A DNA stretch of 64,000 nt. It comes from the human T2T-CHM13v2.0 reference genome, Homo sapiens. Below are positions 43,142 through 55,848 of this stretch, piece after piece. Position numbers and translations under genes: made by a program. Within the stretch, counting starts at the first letter, position 1. Every line of letters starts with the position of its first letter. Under the pieces are notes generated by a model, which searched no databases, was not told where the DNA came from, and saw only the letters and a list, made by a program, of their open reading frames with translations. The stretch is taken from the NCBI RefSeq assembly GCF_009914755.1, contig NC_060946.1; one strand, 5' to 3'.

Positions 43142-46100
43142 TCTGTGGAGACATCTGCTCCAGACCAGATGGGATAGCCCCAATTCTCCCTGCTCTTTCT
43201 TCTTTGCTAAGCATAGCTATAAATTCCAGAAATCACGCAAGAGACAAATAAGACAACCCTGGAAGATGGTAAGAAGAGGCAAGCTGGTTTGGCGCTCCAA
43301 GGCTGAAGGAACAGCACAGCATCAGGGTCTCTCATGTTCCCCCTAACCAAGAGAAGGAAACCAAGACCCAGAGATTCCATAACCCTCACTTAGCAACACA
43401 GGGTGGCCAACCTAGGCCCTTTCCTCCTTTGGACTCTGCAGAAGTACCTCTGACAACACCAGGCAAGGCTGACACCACCTGTAAGGGGATTGATTTTGGT
43501 CCCTGAAGGAAACAAGCAGCAGGGTGGATGGGGGAGGCCCTTCCTTTCCTTGCTGGGCCTGAGATCCCTTATTCCACTGAAAGACAGAGATTAATCAGCA
43601 AAGCTGGCAGAGGAGACCCAGCTGCAAGGAAAGCCCTAGCCTGGGAAGTTTCTTTCTTCCCACATTCCCAAGACTCCCCTCCCCACACTGAGACTAAGGC
43701 AAGAGCAGTACCAGTGGGGGTGCCTCACCATAACTTTCCCACAGGTAGACACCCAGGGGCCAAGGGAAACTCCTTCTTGCCTCTAAGGTGACAGCAGCAA
43801 GAACCAATGTGAGCCTCAATGGAACCAGATAAACCAAGAACACCAAAACAACACGGCAGGTACTCTGGACAGTTCACCTGCGATTGGAATCACAGCACAA
43901 GGAAGTCTGCCAGGGTCTGCACAGGAAACATAAACAGATGACTGCCTGCTAACGTAAACGATTTAAGTGGAACCCAGAGTGTCCTCTCATTACAGACAAA
44001 ATGTCAGGAATACAATGGAAAATCACCCATCCTACTAATCACCAACACAATCTCAATTTGAATGAGAGAAGACAGTCAACTGATAGCAATTCCAAGATAA
44101 ATCAGATGTTGGAGTTGTCTGACAAGGACTTTAAAGCAGGCATAAAAAAAATGCTTCAACCTTCTATCACAAATGCTCTTGAAAGAATAAAGAAAAATAT
44201 CAGCAAAGAAATAGAAGTTTAAGAAAGAAACAAGAAATATTAAACTGAAAATACAGAAAACAAAAATACGTGCTGGATGGGCTTAATAATAGAGTAATAG
44301 AATAGAGATAACAGAGAACAAAACCAACGATCTGGAGGACATAACAATAGAATTCCCCTAATCTGAACAAGAGAGAAAATAGACTGAAAACAGAAGTGGA
44401 CACAGCCTCTGTGATCTGTGGTAAAGTAAGCAACAGAGCCAGGTTGATATCATCACAATCCCAGAGAAAAGGAGAAAAAGAGTGGGGCTAGAAGAGCATT
44501 TGAAGAAATTATGGTTGAGAGCTTCCAAAATTTGGCAAAAGATACAAACATATAGATCCAAGAATGTGAGTCAAAGCAGAAACAGACTAAACCAAAATAA
44601 ATTCATACCAAGAGACATCATAAGTAAGATTCTGAAAACTAAAGAAAAAAATTTAAATCAGCCAGTGAGAAGTGACACATCACCATAGGAGAACACCAAT
44701 TTGAATGACAATTTGCTCATCTGTCACCATGGAGACCAGAAGAAAATGGCACAACACTTTTCAATTGCTGAAATAATTGTTAAACTGTGAATTCTGTATC
44801 TGGCAAAACTATCCTTCAGGAACGAAGTACAAATGGAAATGTTATCAAATAAAGAAAAGCTAAAAGAATCTGTCACTAACTAGATCTACCCTCAAAGCTT
44901 GGCCAAGTAAGTACTTCAGACAGAAAGGAAAAGATAAATGAAGGAAACGTAGGCATCAGGAAGGACTAAGGAACAAGGGAAAGAGCAAAAATATGGGTAG
45001 AGGCATTTTCCTGATTAATTTCACAAACCACATTTGATGATTAAAACAAAAATAATACCCTCTACTACCCAAGATAATGATATTTTAAAATGAGGAAGAC
45101 AAAAGGAACTAAATAGAAGAAAGCTTTTCACACTTTACTTGACATGGTAAAATGCTGAAACCAGTAGACTGTTACTAGTCACTGATATATATTAGAATAC
45201 CCAGAGCAACTACTACTAAAACAATACCAAAGGATATACTAAAAGCACTATATGTAAGTCAAGACAAAATCCTCAAATATGATAAAGTAACTCAGAGGAA
45301 GGAAAGAAAAGGGAAATAAAAATCTGACAAAAAGAAATAAATAGAAAACAAGATGGAAGGCAAGTACCAACCTATCAATAATCAACTGAAATGTAGATGG
45401 TTTAAATACATAAATGCAACAAGCAATCACACAGGGATTTGCAGAGTGAATGTGGACACACACACACACACACACACAATCCAATTATATGCTGCTTACA
45501 AGAAACTCATTTTATAATCAATCGTATAATCAACTGAAAATAAAAGGATAGAAAAAGATATGCCATACACTATACAGTCATTAATACAAAATTAAAAAGT
45601 AATGGCTATGTTAATATCTGATAAAATACACTCAATGCCAAGAGAATTACTAGAGACAGTGAGAGACCTTATATAATGATAAAGGATCAATCTCTTATAA
45701 GACATGCTAATCCTAAATGTGTGCACAACCAACAATAAAGCCTCAAAATACATAAAACAAAAACTGATGGAGCTTAAAAGAGAAAAGATCAATTCATAAA
45801 TATAGTTGGGGGGCTTTACTATTGTCCTCTCAGCAACTGAGAGAGCTGTATGAAAATCAACAAGGTTATAGAAAAGCTGAAATATATAATCAAAATGCAG
45901 GATCTAATTAACATACACAGAACACTATACAATGACTACAGAACATGCATTATTTTTCAAGTACTCAAGGAACATGCACCAAGATAGGGCATATCTTGGG
46001 TCATAAACCTCAAAAAATTTAGAAGTATTAATATCATACAGACTGTGTTCTCTGACCATGAAGGTGTCAAACTAGAAATAACAAAAATACCTAGAAATAA

Positions 46101-46189
46101 AAAAAATAATAAAAACACTGTAAACACATGGAAATTAAACAACATATTTTTAAATAGATCATAGGTTAAAGAGGAAGTTTCAAATGTTT

Positions 46190-46401
46190 TATATACATAT
46201 ACATACATATACACATATACGTATATGTATATACGTATACATATCTGTGTATATGTATATATACATATATACATGTGTATACACAGATATACAGATATGT
46301 ATATATACATGTGTATATACAGATATACAGATATGTATATATACATGTATATACATATATATTTATATATACACATATATAAATATCTATGTGTATACGT
46401 G

Positions 46402-46438
<37 letters not shown>
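46190..46438. repeat. compound TA/CA/GA microsatellite with a ~32-bp sub-repeat inside L1 ORF2
   Basis: TATACATGTGTATA.ACAGATATACAGATATG repeated; ends in (TA)n(GA)n. Confidence 0.93.
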
Positions 46439-47541
46439 TTTGTTTTGTATCATTTCAAAACAAAATACAATACCAAAATTTGTGGGATGCTATTGAATTA
46501 GTGCTGAGAATGATATTTATAATACTAAATGCTTACATAAGAAATGATAAAAGCTCTCAAATCAGTAATCTAAGTTTTCACCTCAAGGACCTAGGGAAAA
46601 TAAAGAGCAAAATAAACCCAAAACAAGCAGAAGGAAAGAAATAATCAAGTAAAGAGCAAACATCCATTAAATTGAAAATGGAAAAACATCAGACAAAATC
46701 TATAAAACAAAAAGTTGTTTCTTTTAAAAAGTCAATCAATTGATAATGTTCTACTAGAATTGACAAAAAAGGAGTGAAGAAAATATTACTAATATCATAA
46801 GTGCAATGAGCATATCACCACAGATCCTGTAGCTTTTAAAAATGTAATTCAGAAATACTACAAACAATTTAATTCTCATACAATGGACAATGTAGAAGAC
46901 TAAGTTTTAAAAACTTTAAACTACCAGAATTCAATCAGATGAAATAGTCAAACTAGTCCTATAATAATTAAATAAATTGAATTTGTAATAGAAAATCTTC
47001 AAAAACAAAATATTCAGGCTTAAACAGTTTCACAGGAGAATTTTACCAAGGACTTGAAAAATTAATGCTAATTTTACACAATATCTTCCAGAAAATAGCC
47101 AAAAAGGGTATACTTCCCAAAACAACATGAGGTCAGGATTACCTTCTTACCTTCCCCCTCCAAAAAAGAAAAAAAGAAAAAGAAAACCATGGGGCAACAT
47201 ATCTTATAAACATAGATGTAAAATACTCAACAAAACAGCAAATTGAATTTAAAAACATATAAATATAGTTTTACATTATGACCAAGTATAATTTATTCCG
47301 GGTATGAGACATCTGAAAATCAATTGATATAATCCAACATATTAACAAGCTATTGAAAAAGATCACATGATTAAATCAATTGATGCAGTTAAAGCATTTG
47401 GCAAAATACAATACCCATTTATAAGAAAAACTCAGCAAGTTAGGAATAGTGAGAGAGATTACTTCTTGATAAAGAGCATGTACAAAAAGCTGATAGCTAG
47501 TATTGTATTCAATGACGAAAGATGGGATCTGTTTTCTCTAA

Positions 47542-47751
<210 letters not shown>

Positions 47752-49341
47752 TGAAATAAGGCAAGAAAAAAGAAAGAAAACAAATACAGATTGGAAATAA
47801 AAGTATATCTACTTACAGATGACACGATTGCCTCTAAATAGAAAATCCCAAGAAATTCTCACATAAATTCCTAGAACTAATGAGTTTGTCAAAGTGGTAG
47901 GATACAAGATCAACACAAAAAGTATCTGCAAATCTATATACTAACAAAGAGCATGAGCAAACTGAAATCTAAAAACCACAATGCCATTTGTAATCACTCA
48001 AAAGAAAATGAAATATTACACTTTGATATACACCAAACAGGATCTATATGCTGAAAATTCTATAAAGTGCTGATGAAAGTATTCAAAGAAGGCCTAAATA
48101 AATGAAGAGATATACTATATGCATGAATTGGAATACTTCCTCTAGTAAATATGTTAATTCCCATGAGCCCCCAATTGATCTTTAGGTTTAATTCAATTTC
48201 TATCAAAATTCCATAAAGTGTCTTTTGTACATAGACATTTTCATATAAATTGAAATTCTTCAATTTATATGGAAAGGCTCAGGCCCTAGAATAGCTAAGA
48301 CAATATTGACAAAGACTAATAGAAGCAATATTGTGGCTTACTATATAGCTTCAGTAAATAAAACTATATCATATTAGCAACATACAGATCAACAGAATAA
48401 AAAAGGAGCGAAGAAAGAGACCCATACGAGTATGCTGGGATGATTTTTGACCAAGGCGCAAGAGAAATTCAGTTGAGGTAGGACAGCGTTTCCACCAACG
48501 GTTCTTGAGCAAATGCACATCATATGCAAAAATAACAAATCTCCACTTAAAACTCAAACCTTCCAAAATTAACTCAAAATGGATTAGAGGTTTAAGTGTA
48601 AATGATCAAAGTATAACTCTTCTAGAAAATTTGAAAAAAAAAAAAAGGTAGAAAATCTTCAGGATCTATATCTAGGCAATTCCTCAGACTCGACATTAAA
48701 ACGCACTATCTACAAAGAAACAATTGGTAAATTGGACCTCATGAGAATTAAAGTTTTTCCTCCTTGAGAATCTATGTGAAGGAGATGAAAAGATGAGCTA
48801 TGAACTACAAGCTACATGCAGAAAATATTTGCGAGCTACCTATGTGAAAAAACCCTAGTATCTACAATATATAAGGAACTCTCAAAATCTAACATAAGCA
48901 ACAGATGATTCCATTAGAAAATGGGCACAAGACATGAACAAAAGTTTCACTGAAAAGCACTTACAAATGGCAAATAAGCATTGATGAAAAGATGTTCAAT
49001 ATCATTAGCCATGAAGGAAATACAAATTACAACCACAGTGAGATATCACTTGACGCCTACCAGAATAGCTCAATTAACAAAGTCCTGACACCACAGGCGG
49101 GCGATCGCTCGTGTATGGCTGGCGTGGTGATTTCTTAAACACTAAATATGCAATGACCAAACACTCCAGCAATTAGACCTATAAGCATGTGGCATGTAGA
49201 AATGTACACTCAATAGGCATGGCCGCTTTATTTATAACAACCAAACAGTGGGCACAACCCAGGCGCCCTTCAGTGGGGGTAATGATTAAACCAACTGCAG
49301 TACATCCATGTCATGAAAAAACACTCAGCAATAAAAAGAAA

Positions 49342-51460
49342 TTGTGTCCACATGGGTTGAGGAATACCTTTTCCCTGCACTCTGGGGCGGGGGGCCCATA
49401 TAACCGACTTGCCAGTCCAACACAGGTGGTATGGGACCTGGTGTGGAGGGAACCTTTCTAGGTCACAGTCATGAACAGGTCTCAGTTCTGAATGCTGCCA
49501 GAACACCTGCAGAGACAGGTATACCCGTGCCTTGACAATGGCCCACCTCACGACTGGCCCCCAGTGGCCACTCTTAGGATGTGTACCCATATGACAGCCT
49601 CCTCCAAAGGGCGTGGGTAAACTGCTGGAACCTGACTAAAGTCGTCTGCCTCCTGACTTCCCAGAGGCAACTTGGAGCTGTGTGCATCCCAGAGATGCCC
49701 TGTAAGGCAGGCATCCTTCTCTTGTAACCTGATGTGGACTTCCTGCCACCTGGACATTCCCAAAGGGGCCCGCTCCAAACGTGCCCACTGTCTATGGTCC
49801 CTTGGTTGATCCACATGGAAAAGGCTCAACTACCTGTAGAAGAGGCTGGTGGCCAGGGCTCGTGGGTGACACACATCCAAACTGCCCGAAGCTCAGCCAT
49901 AGACTGCACTGTCCTGATCCCCATCCTATCCGTATGGTGTTGGTGTCTAGTTGCACCGCAGTTGCTGAGTATTAGGGTTGGGTGCTTTTGCTAGACCCAC
50001 CAGTGTAAGGTCCTAGCAGTATCAGCAGGGTCCCCTCATATATGGTGGCTGGCTTAGTAAGTGGTTCCACTGCCATGTCGGCCCCCTCCTCTTGTTCAAA
50101 GTGGATGGGTCTGAGCACCTCTCGTAGTGGCAGACAAAGCACTAGTGGACAAGACACCCCTCTGTTGTTGACAAATGTGTGCCATCACTCTAGGGTGTGT
50201 GATTGTGCCACCATGAAGGTAAGCTTGGCCAGGAGGCCTCCTGCCCACTCTTTTATGGGTAGGCAGTCTTCACAGTGATGGTAGCTTTCTGGAGACAGCC
50301 TCCAATTTGCTGCAGTACCTGATACATGGCCAGTACCTGTTTCTCCAGGATGTGGTCATGGGATTCTGCCCCTATCCATAATTGAGACTGAAACCCTGCA
50401 GGTACCATTCGGGTTGGTGGCTTTGATCATAAACCCCAGCTCATCCCCATAACATCTCTAGTGGCTTCTAATACAAAAGGGTGCTATGGCCGTGGGGCCC
50501 TGAGTGCCTGGGCTCATCTCACAAACATTCTTGATTTGTCAGGCGCCTCTCAGACCATGTGTGCTCATGCCCATTTTTTTTTTCCTTATTAGGGTGTATA
50601 ATGGGTAGAGGGTTTGGGCCATGTGAAGAATCAGTATTCTCCAGCAGCCCAGTAAGCCTAGGGAAACCTGGAGTTGCTTTGTTGTCTGGGGAATAGGCCA
50701 CTGTGCTAGCTTACTGATAAGAGCTCTGGGTCTGTTTTGCACCTTACCCGACCAGGTAACTCTCAGAAGTTTGACGGCTATGCCAGGCCCCTGTATCTTT
50801 TTGGGATTGATTTTCCGTCTCCTGTCCTTTAGGCCATCCAAGACGGTTTCTAGGGTAGTCTCCAAATTGGTAAGATACTCTGAGGTTAGCATGTTATCAT
50901 TTATCTGGTGAAACCAGGAGACTTAGGCAGGCCAAGAGTTTAGACAGGTCCTGTGCAACCAGACGGTGACTGATGGGGCTGTGCAGGTTCCTTGTGGTAG
51001 CACCTGGAAGGTCCTCCTGAGTGAAGGCAAACTGGTCCTTTGCATCTTCTGCTAAAGGATACTGGAGGATGCAATAGCCAAGTCAATCACAGCAGGGACA
51101 CCTCCCAGATTAAAGAGCTCTTGTCCCAGCAGTTGAGGATATTGGGCACAGCTGCATGTAAGGTGGTGTCACCTTGTTCAGCACATGGTAGTCCACATTC
51201 ATTCTCCAGGAGCCATCTGGCTTCTTTGCAGGCCACACAGGGCTGTTGTGGGGGCTGTGGGAGGCCTATTTGTACTTCATGTAATTCCTGAATTGTTTGG
51301 GTAGTTTCAGAGTGTCCCCCAGCAGGAGTATTGTCTCACATTCACTGTCTGCCTGGGCTGGGGCAAGTGTACAGCCACCCATGTGGCCCATCCTCTTTTT
51401 GTTCCTTGATTACTTTCTGGACCTGGTCCTTGCTTTCATCCAGCTCACTGAGGTCTGCCA
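49342..51460 (-). pseudogene. class III (ERVL-group, HERV16/ERV3-16A3-like) pol fossil: RT, RNase H, integrase N-terminus
   Basis: minus-strand translations: NSPVWPAKKPDGSWRMNVDY, VIDLA, DQFAFT, FQVLPQG, FHQIND (YIDD site), KINPKKIQGP..KQLQVSLGLLGCWR, YTGGSS, ELRAVW, DWQVGYMGP; multiple frameshifts. Confidence 0.9.
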
Positions 51461-51552
51461 AAGATTCCAGACACATTATAACCCTTCTTAAATTGGAAAT
51501 GACCCAGACATTCAATGAGTACCTGAAATAATTTTAAGATTTTAAGCTATAT

Positions 51553-53988
51553 AATCAGACAAGAGAAAGAAATAAAGGGCGACCAAATCAGAAAAGGGGA
51601 AGTCAAACTGTCATTATGATTATATACCTAAAAAATCCTAAAGACTCATCCAAAAAGCTCCTAGAACTGGCAAGTGAATTCAGTAAAGTTGCAGGATACA
51701 AAACTAACGTACACAGATCAGTAGCACTGCTATACACCAACAGCAACAAGCTGATAATCAAGTCAAGAACTCAACTGCTTTTATAACAACTGCAAAAAAA
51801 TAAAATATATAGGAATATACCTAACTAAGGAGGTGAAAGACCTCTGTAAGGAAAACTACAAAACACTATTGAAAGAAATCACAGATGATACAGACAAATC
51901 CCATGCTCATGGATAGGTAGAATCAATATTGTGAAAATGACCATACTGCCAAAAGCAGTCTACAAATTCAATGCAATTCCCATTAAAATACCATGATCAT
52001 TCTTCACAGAGCTAGAAAAAACAATCTTAAAATTCATATGGAACCAAAAAAGAGCACACATAGCCAAAGCAAGACTAAGCAAAAAGAACAAATCTGGAGT
52101 CATCACATTAGCTGACTTCAAACTATATTATAAGGCTATGGTCACCTAAGCAGCATGGTACTGGTATGAAAATAGGCACATAGACAAATGGAACAGAATA
52201 GAGAACCCAGAAATAAAGCCAAATACTTACAGCCAATTGATCTTTGACAAAGCAAACAAAAACACAAAGTGGGGAAAGTACACCTTGTTCAACAAATGGT
52301 GCTGGGATAATTGGCAAGCCACATATAGAAGAATGAAATTAGATCCTCATCTCTCACCTTATACAAAAATCAACTCAAGATGGATCAAACACTTAAATCT
52401 AAGACCAGAAACTAAAAATCCTAGAGGATAACATCAGAAAAACTCTTTTAGAATTGGCTTAGACAAAGACTTCATGACCAAGAACCCAAAAGCAAATGCA
52501 ACAAAAACAGAGATACATAGATGGGACTTAATTAAACTAAAAAGCTTCTGCACAGCAAAAGAAATAATCAACAGAGTAAATAGACAACCCACAGAGTGGG
52601 AGAAAATCTTCTCATACTGTTCATCCAACAAAGAACTAATATCCCGAATCTACAAGAAACTCAAACCAATCAGCACGAAAAAAAACAATCTCATCAAAAA
52701 GTGGGCTAAGGACGTGAATAGACAATTCTCAAAAGAAGATACACAAATGGCAAACATGAAAAAATGCTCAACATCACTAATTATCAGGGAAATACAAATC
52801 AAAACCACAATGTAATACCACCTTACTCCTGAAAGAATGGCCATAATCAAAACATCAAAAAGCAAAAGAGATGTTGGCATGGATGTGGTGAAAGAGGAAA
52901 ACTTTTACACTGCTGGTGGGGATGTAAACTAGCACAATCACTGTGGAAAACAGTGTGGAGATTCCTTTAAAAACTAAAAGTAGATCTACCCTTTGATTCA
53001 GCAATCCCACTACTGGGCATTTACCCAAAGGATAAGAAGTCATACTTGCCCCACATGTTTATAGCAACACAATTCACAATTGCAAAAATATGGAACCAGC
53101 CCAAATGCCCATCCATCAACAAGTGTATAAAGAAAATGTGGTATATATATTACATATTATATATATTACATTTTATTATATCTAATATATAGTATATATT
53201 AGATCTAATATATACTATATATTAGATATTAGATCTAATATATATTATATATTATATATTAGATCTAATATCTAATATCTAATATATATATATTATATAT
53301 TATATATTAGATCTAATATATATTAGATATGTATTATATATAATATATATAATACATAATATATTATGTATTATATATAATATATATAATACATAATATA
53401 TTATGTATTATATATAATATATATAATACATATTATGTATTATATATAATACATTATGTATTATATATTATATTATATATAATATATAATACATATATTA
53501 TACATAATATACGTATTATATATATTATATAAAATATATATTATTATATATGTGTGTGTATATATATGTGTATATATACACACACACACACACACCATGG
53601 TGTATATACACATACCATGACATGCTACTCAGCCATAAAAAGGAATGAATTAACGGCATTCTCAGCAACCTGCAGGGAATTGGAGGCTATTATTCTAAGT
53701 GAAGTAACTCAAGAATGGAAAAATCAAACATCATAAATTCTCACTCATAAGTGGGAGCTAAGCTATTAGGACACAAAGGCCTAAGAATGATACAATGGAC
53801 TTTGGGGACTCGAGGGAAAGGGTGGGAGCGGGGTGAGGGATAAAACACTACACATTGAGTACAGCGTCCACTGCCTGGGTGATACGTGGACCAGAATCTC
53901 AGAAACCACCACTAAAGGACACATCCAAGTAACCAAACACCACTTGTTCCCCCTAAAACTTATCAAAATAAAAATCAATTTTAAAAAA
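51553..53988 (+). mobile_element. 5'-truncated L1PB (L1PB1-like)
   Basis: ORF2 C-terminal remnants ([29 protein letters not shown]; [14 protein letters not shown]); L1PB 3' UTR AGAATGATACAATGGACTTTGGGGAC; TSD AAGATTTTAAGCTA (51536) / AATATTTTAAGCTA (53998). Confidence 0.93.
53142..53555. repeat. AT-rich palindromic expansion within the L1PB
   Basis: ~410 bp almost entirely A/T; AGATCT-centred palindromes; TAATACATAATATATTATGTATTA-type units. Confidence 0.95.
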
Positions 53989-54518
53989 TCAGCAGAAAAT
54001 ATTTTAAGCTACACAGATGTTTTACCTACAAACATTTGTTTCACTTATGTTTACTCAATTTATTCTTTTGTTGCAGTTTATCTAGATTACTCATAAGAAC
54101 ATGGCAATAGGCAAAGCCAACCATCATTCCAAGTTGTTTTCCTGTTAACCATTTTTATAGCCTGTGAATATCCAGTGTTCACCAAAGCAAGAACATTAAA
54201 GTTAAATGTATGCGTATTTTTACTGATAACCGAGAAGATTCTTGTTTTGATTAAACCAGCAGTATCACCTGCCCCCTCACAGGCCATGGCATCTCCTCCA
54301 GCTTGTCTGTCTTTGTGGGGAAAGCCCGGACAGGACCTACCACCCCTGAAAGCCTTGCGAGACCAGTAGCCACTGAGCAGGTGGGTGTGGGATTCCTGGC
54401 CTGGTGAGCCTCCCCTGTCCCTGCCCCAGGTGCCTGACTCGAACCTGGATCTCATGGGGCTGGCCAGGGAGATGGGTACCTGGGCAAGGGAGGCAGTGGG
54501 ATGCCACAGGACAATTGT

Positions 54519-54727
54519 GCCCAGGGAACAGAACATCTCACAGGACTTATGACCTTCGAAGCACCTTCCCGGGGGCTGTGTGGCCAGGACAAGCCCCAGG
54601 AACAGAACATCTCACAGGACTTATGACCTCTGAAGCACCTGCCCGGGGGCTGTGCGGCCAGGACAAGCCCCAGGAACAGAACATCTCACAGGACTTACTA
54701 CCTTCGAAGCACCTGCCCGGGGGCTGG
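54519..54727. repeat. 74-bp tandem repeat, ~2.8 copies
   Basis: GAACATCTCACAGGACTTA at 54531, 54605 and 54679. Confidence 0.95.
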
Positions 54728-55787
54728 CGCTTGGTTTCAACTCACTTTCCAACACTCTGGGGTCTTGCTGCCTCCTGGGCTGATGGTCTCATTGCTGAAC
54801 CCATCTTTGCGTGGCAGGAGATTCTATTCAGATGCAAGTTTCTCTCTGTTCTTAGCTAAAAGGTGTTCAGTGGCTCACAGAGGCCCTCTCTCTAGCTGTG
54901 CTGGGTCCTATCCACAGTTGGCAGCTGGTGTATTGGAAGCCTCTGTGGACAGACCTCTGCAGCCTCTCTTGGCCGTCCCATCGACTTGCACCCCCGGGGC
55001 AGACATGCTGAGGGGGCTCTCCCAGCACCAGGGCCTCCCCAGGAGCTGAGTCGTGCCCAGCAGGAGCAGAGTGGGGACGGCTTTACCAAAGGGAGTGGGA
55101 TACCTTCCCTGCTCTTCCTCACCCTCCCTCCTACTGCTCTTCCAGCAGTTGGCACGTGGGTCCTGGAGCAGCTCCACATCTCCAGCATCCAGCAATCTTG
55201 TGGATCCCGCTGTGCCTCCACTCTCCTGCCCTCCACCCCGGCCCTGCAGCTCCTGAGCTGGGATGCTCCTTTCTGCCTAAAACATTTGGAAGACATTTGC
55301 AGCTGTAAACGTGCTGCAAGGAAAATCATGTACTCATTGCACACAAACAACCACGGGATTCTCCCCCACAGAAAAGTAAATTAAAACTTGACAGTCAAAT
55401 AATTCTCATCTCAAGGAAAAAAAACCACCCCGAGGAGCACACGGGTGAGCTGCCCACCTGGCTGGGAGGAAGACGCGGTTTTAGGGGAGTTGCTTCCACC
55501 AAGTTCGCAGGGAGGCTTGGGTGACCTGCCTCTGAACGCAGGAGTTCCTTTGAGCTGTTTTGGGCTCCACAGTTTTATTTTACTGTTCACCGCATGCTGT
55601 GGAGGTTGTTGATTTGCTGGGGATGACAGTGTTACCTGACGATCCAGGTGCCTCTGCTCCTTCACTAACTCCTTCTTGAAACCAATAGAAGCGTCTCTGA
55701 GGCAGCTCATGCTCTAGGTCTGGAAGCCAGGGAGGACATGTGGGGAGCCAGCTGTGGGCAAATGACAGCCACCAGGAGAGTGCAGCC

Positions 55788-55848
55788 CAGGGAGGGGAGG
55801 ACAGACAGGTGAGGGGGCTCAGGGAGGAGAGGACAGACAGGTGAGGGG
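55788..55848. repeat. 32-bp tandem duplication
   Basis: CAGGGAGG.GAGGACAGACAGGTGAGGGG at 55788 and 55820. Confidence 0.9.

Larger units (their letters stand above)
51465..54270. mobile_element. probable ERV1 (MER4-group) internal fragment split by the L1PB (pieces ~51465-51550 and ~54000-54270)
   Basis: AATTGGAAATGACCCAGACATT and CCTGTTAACCATTTTTATAGC resemble recalled MER4-group internal sequence; the halves join across the L1 TSD. Confidence 0.4.
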
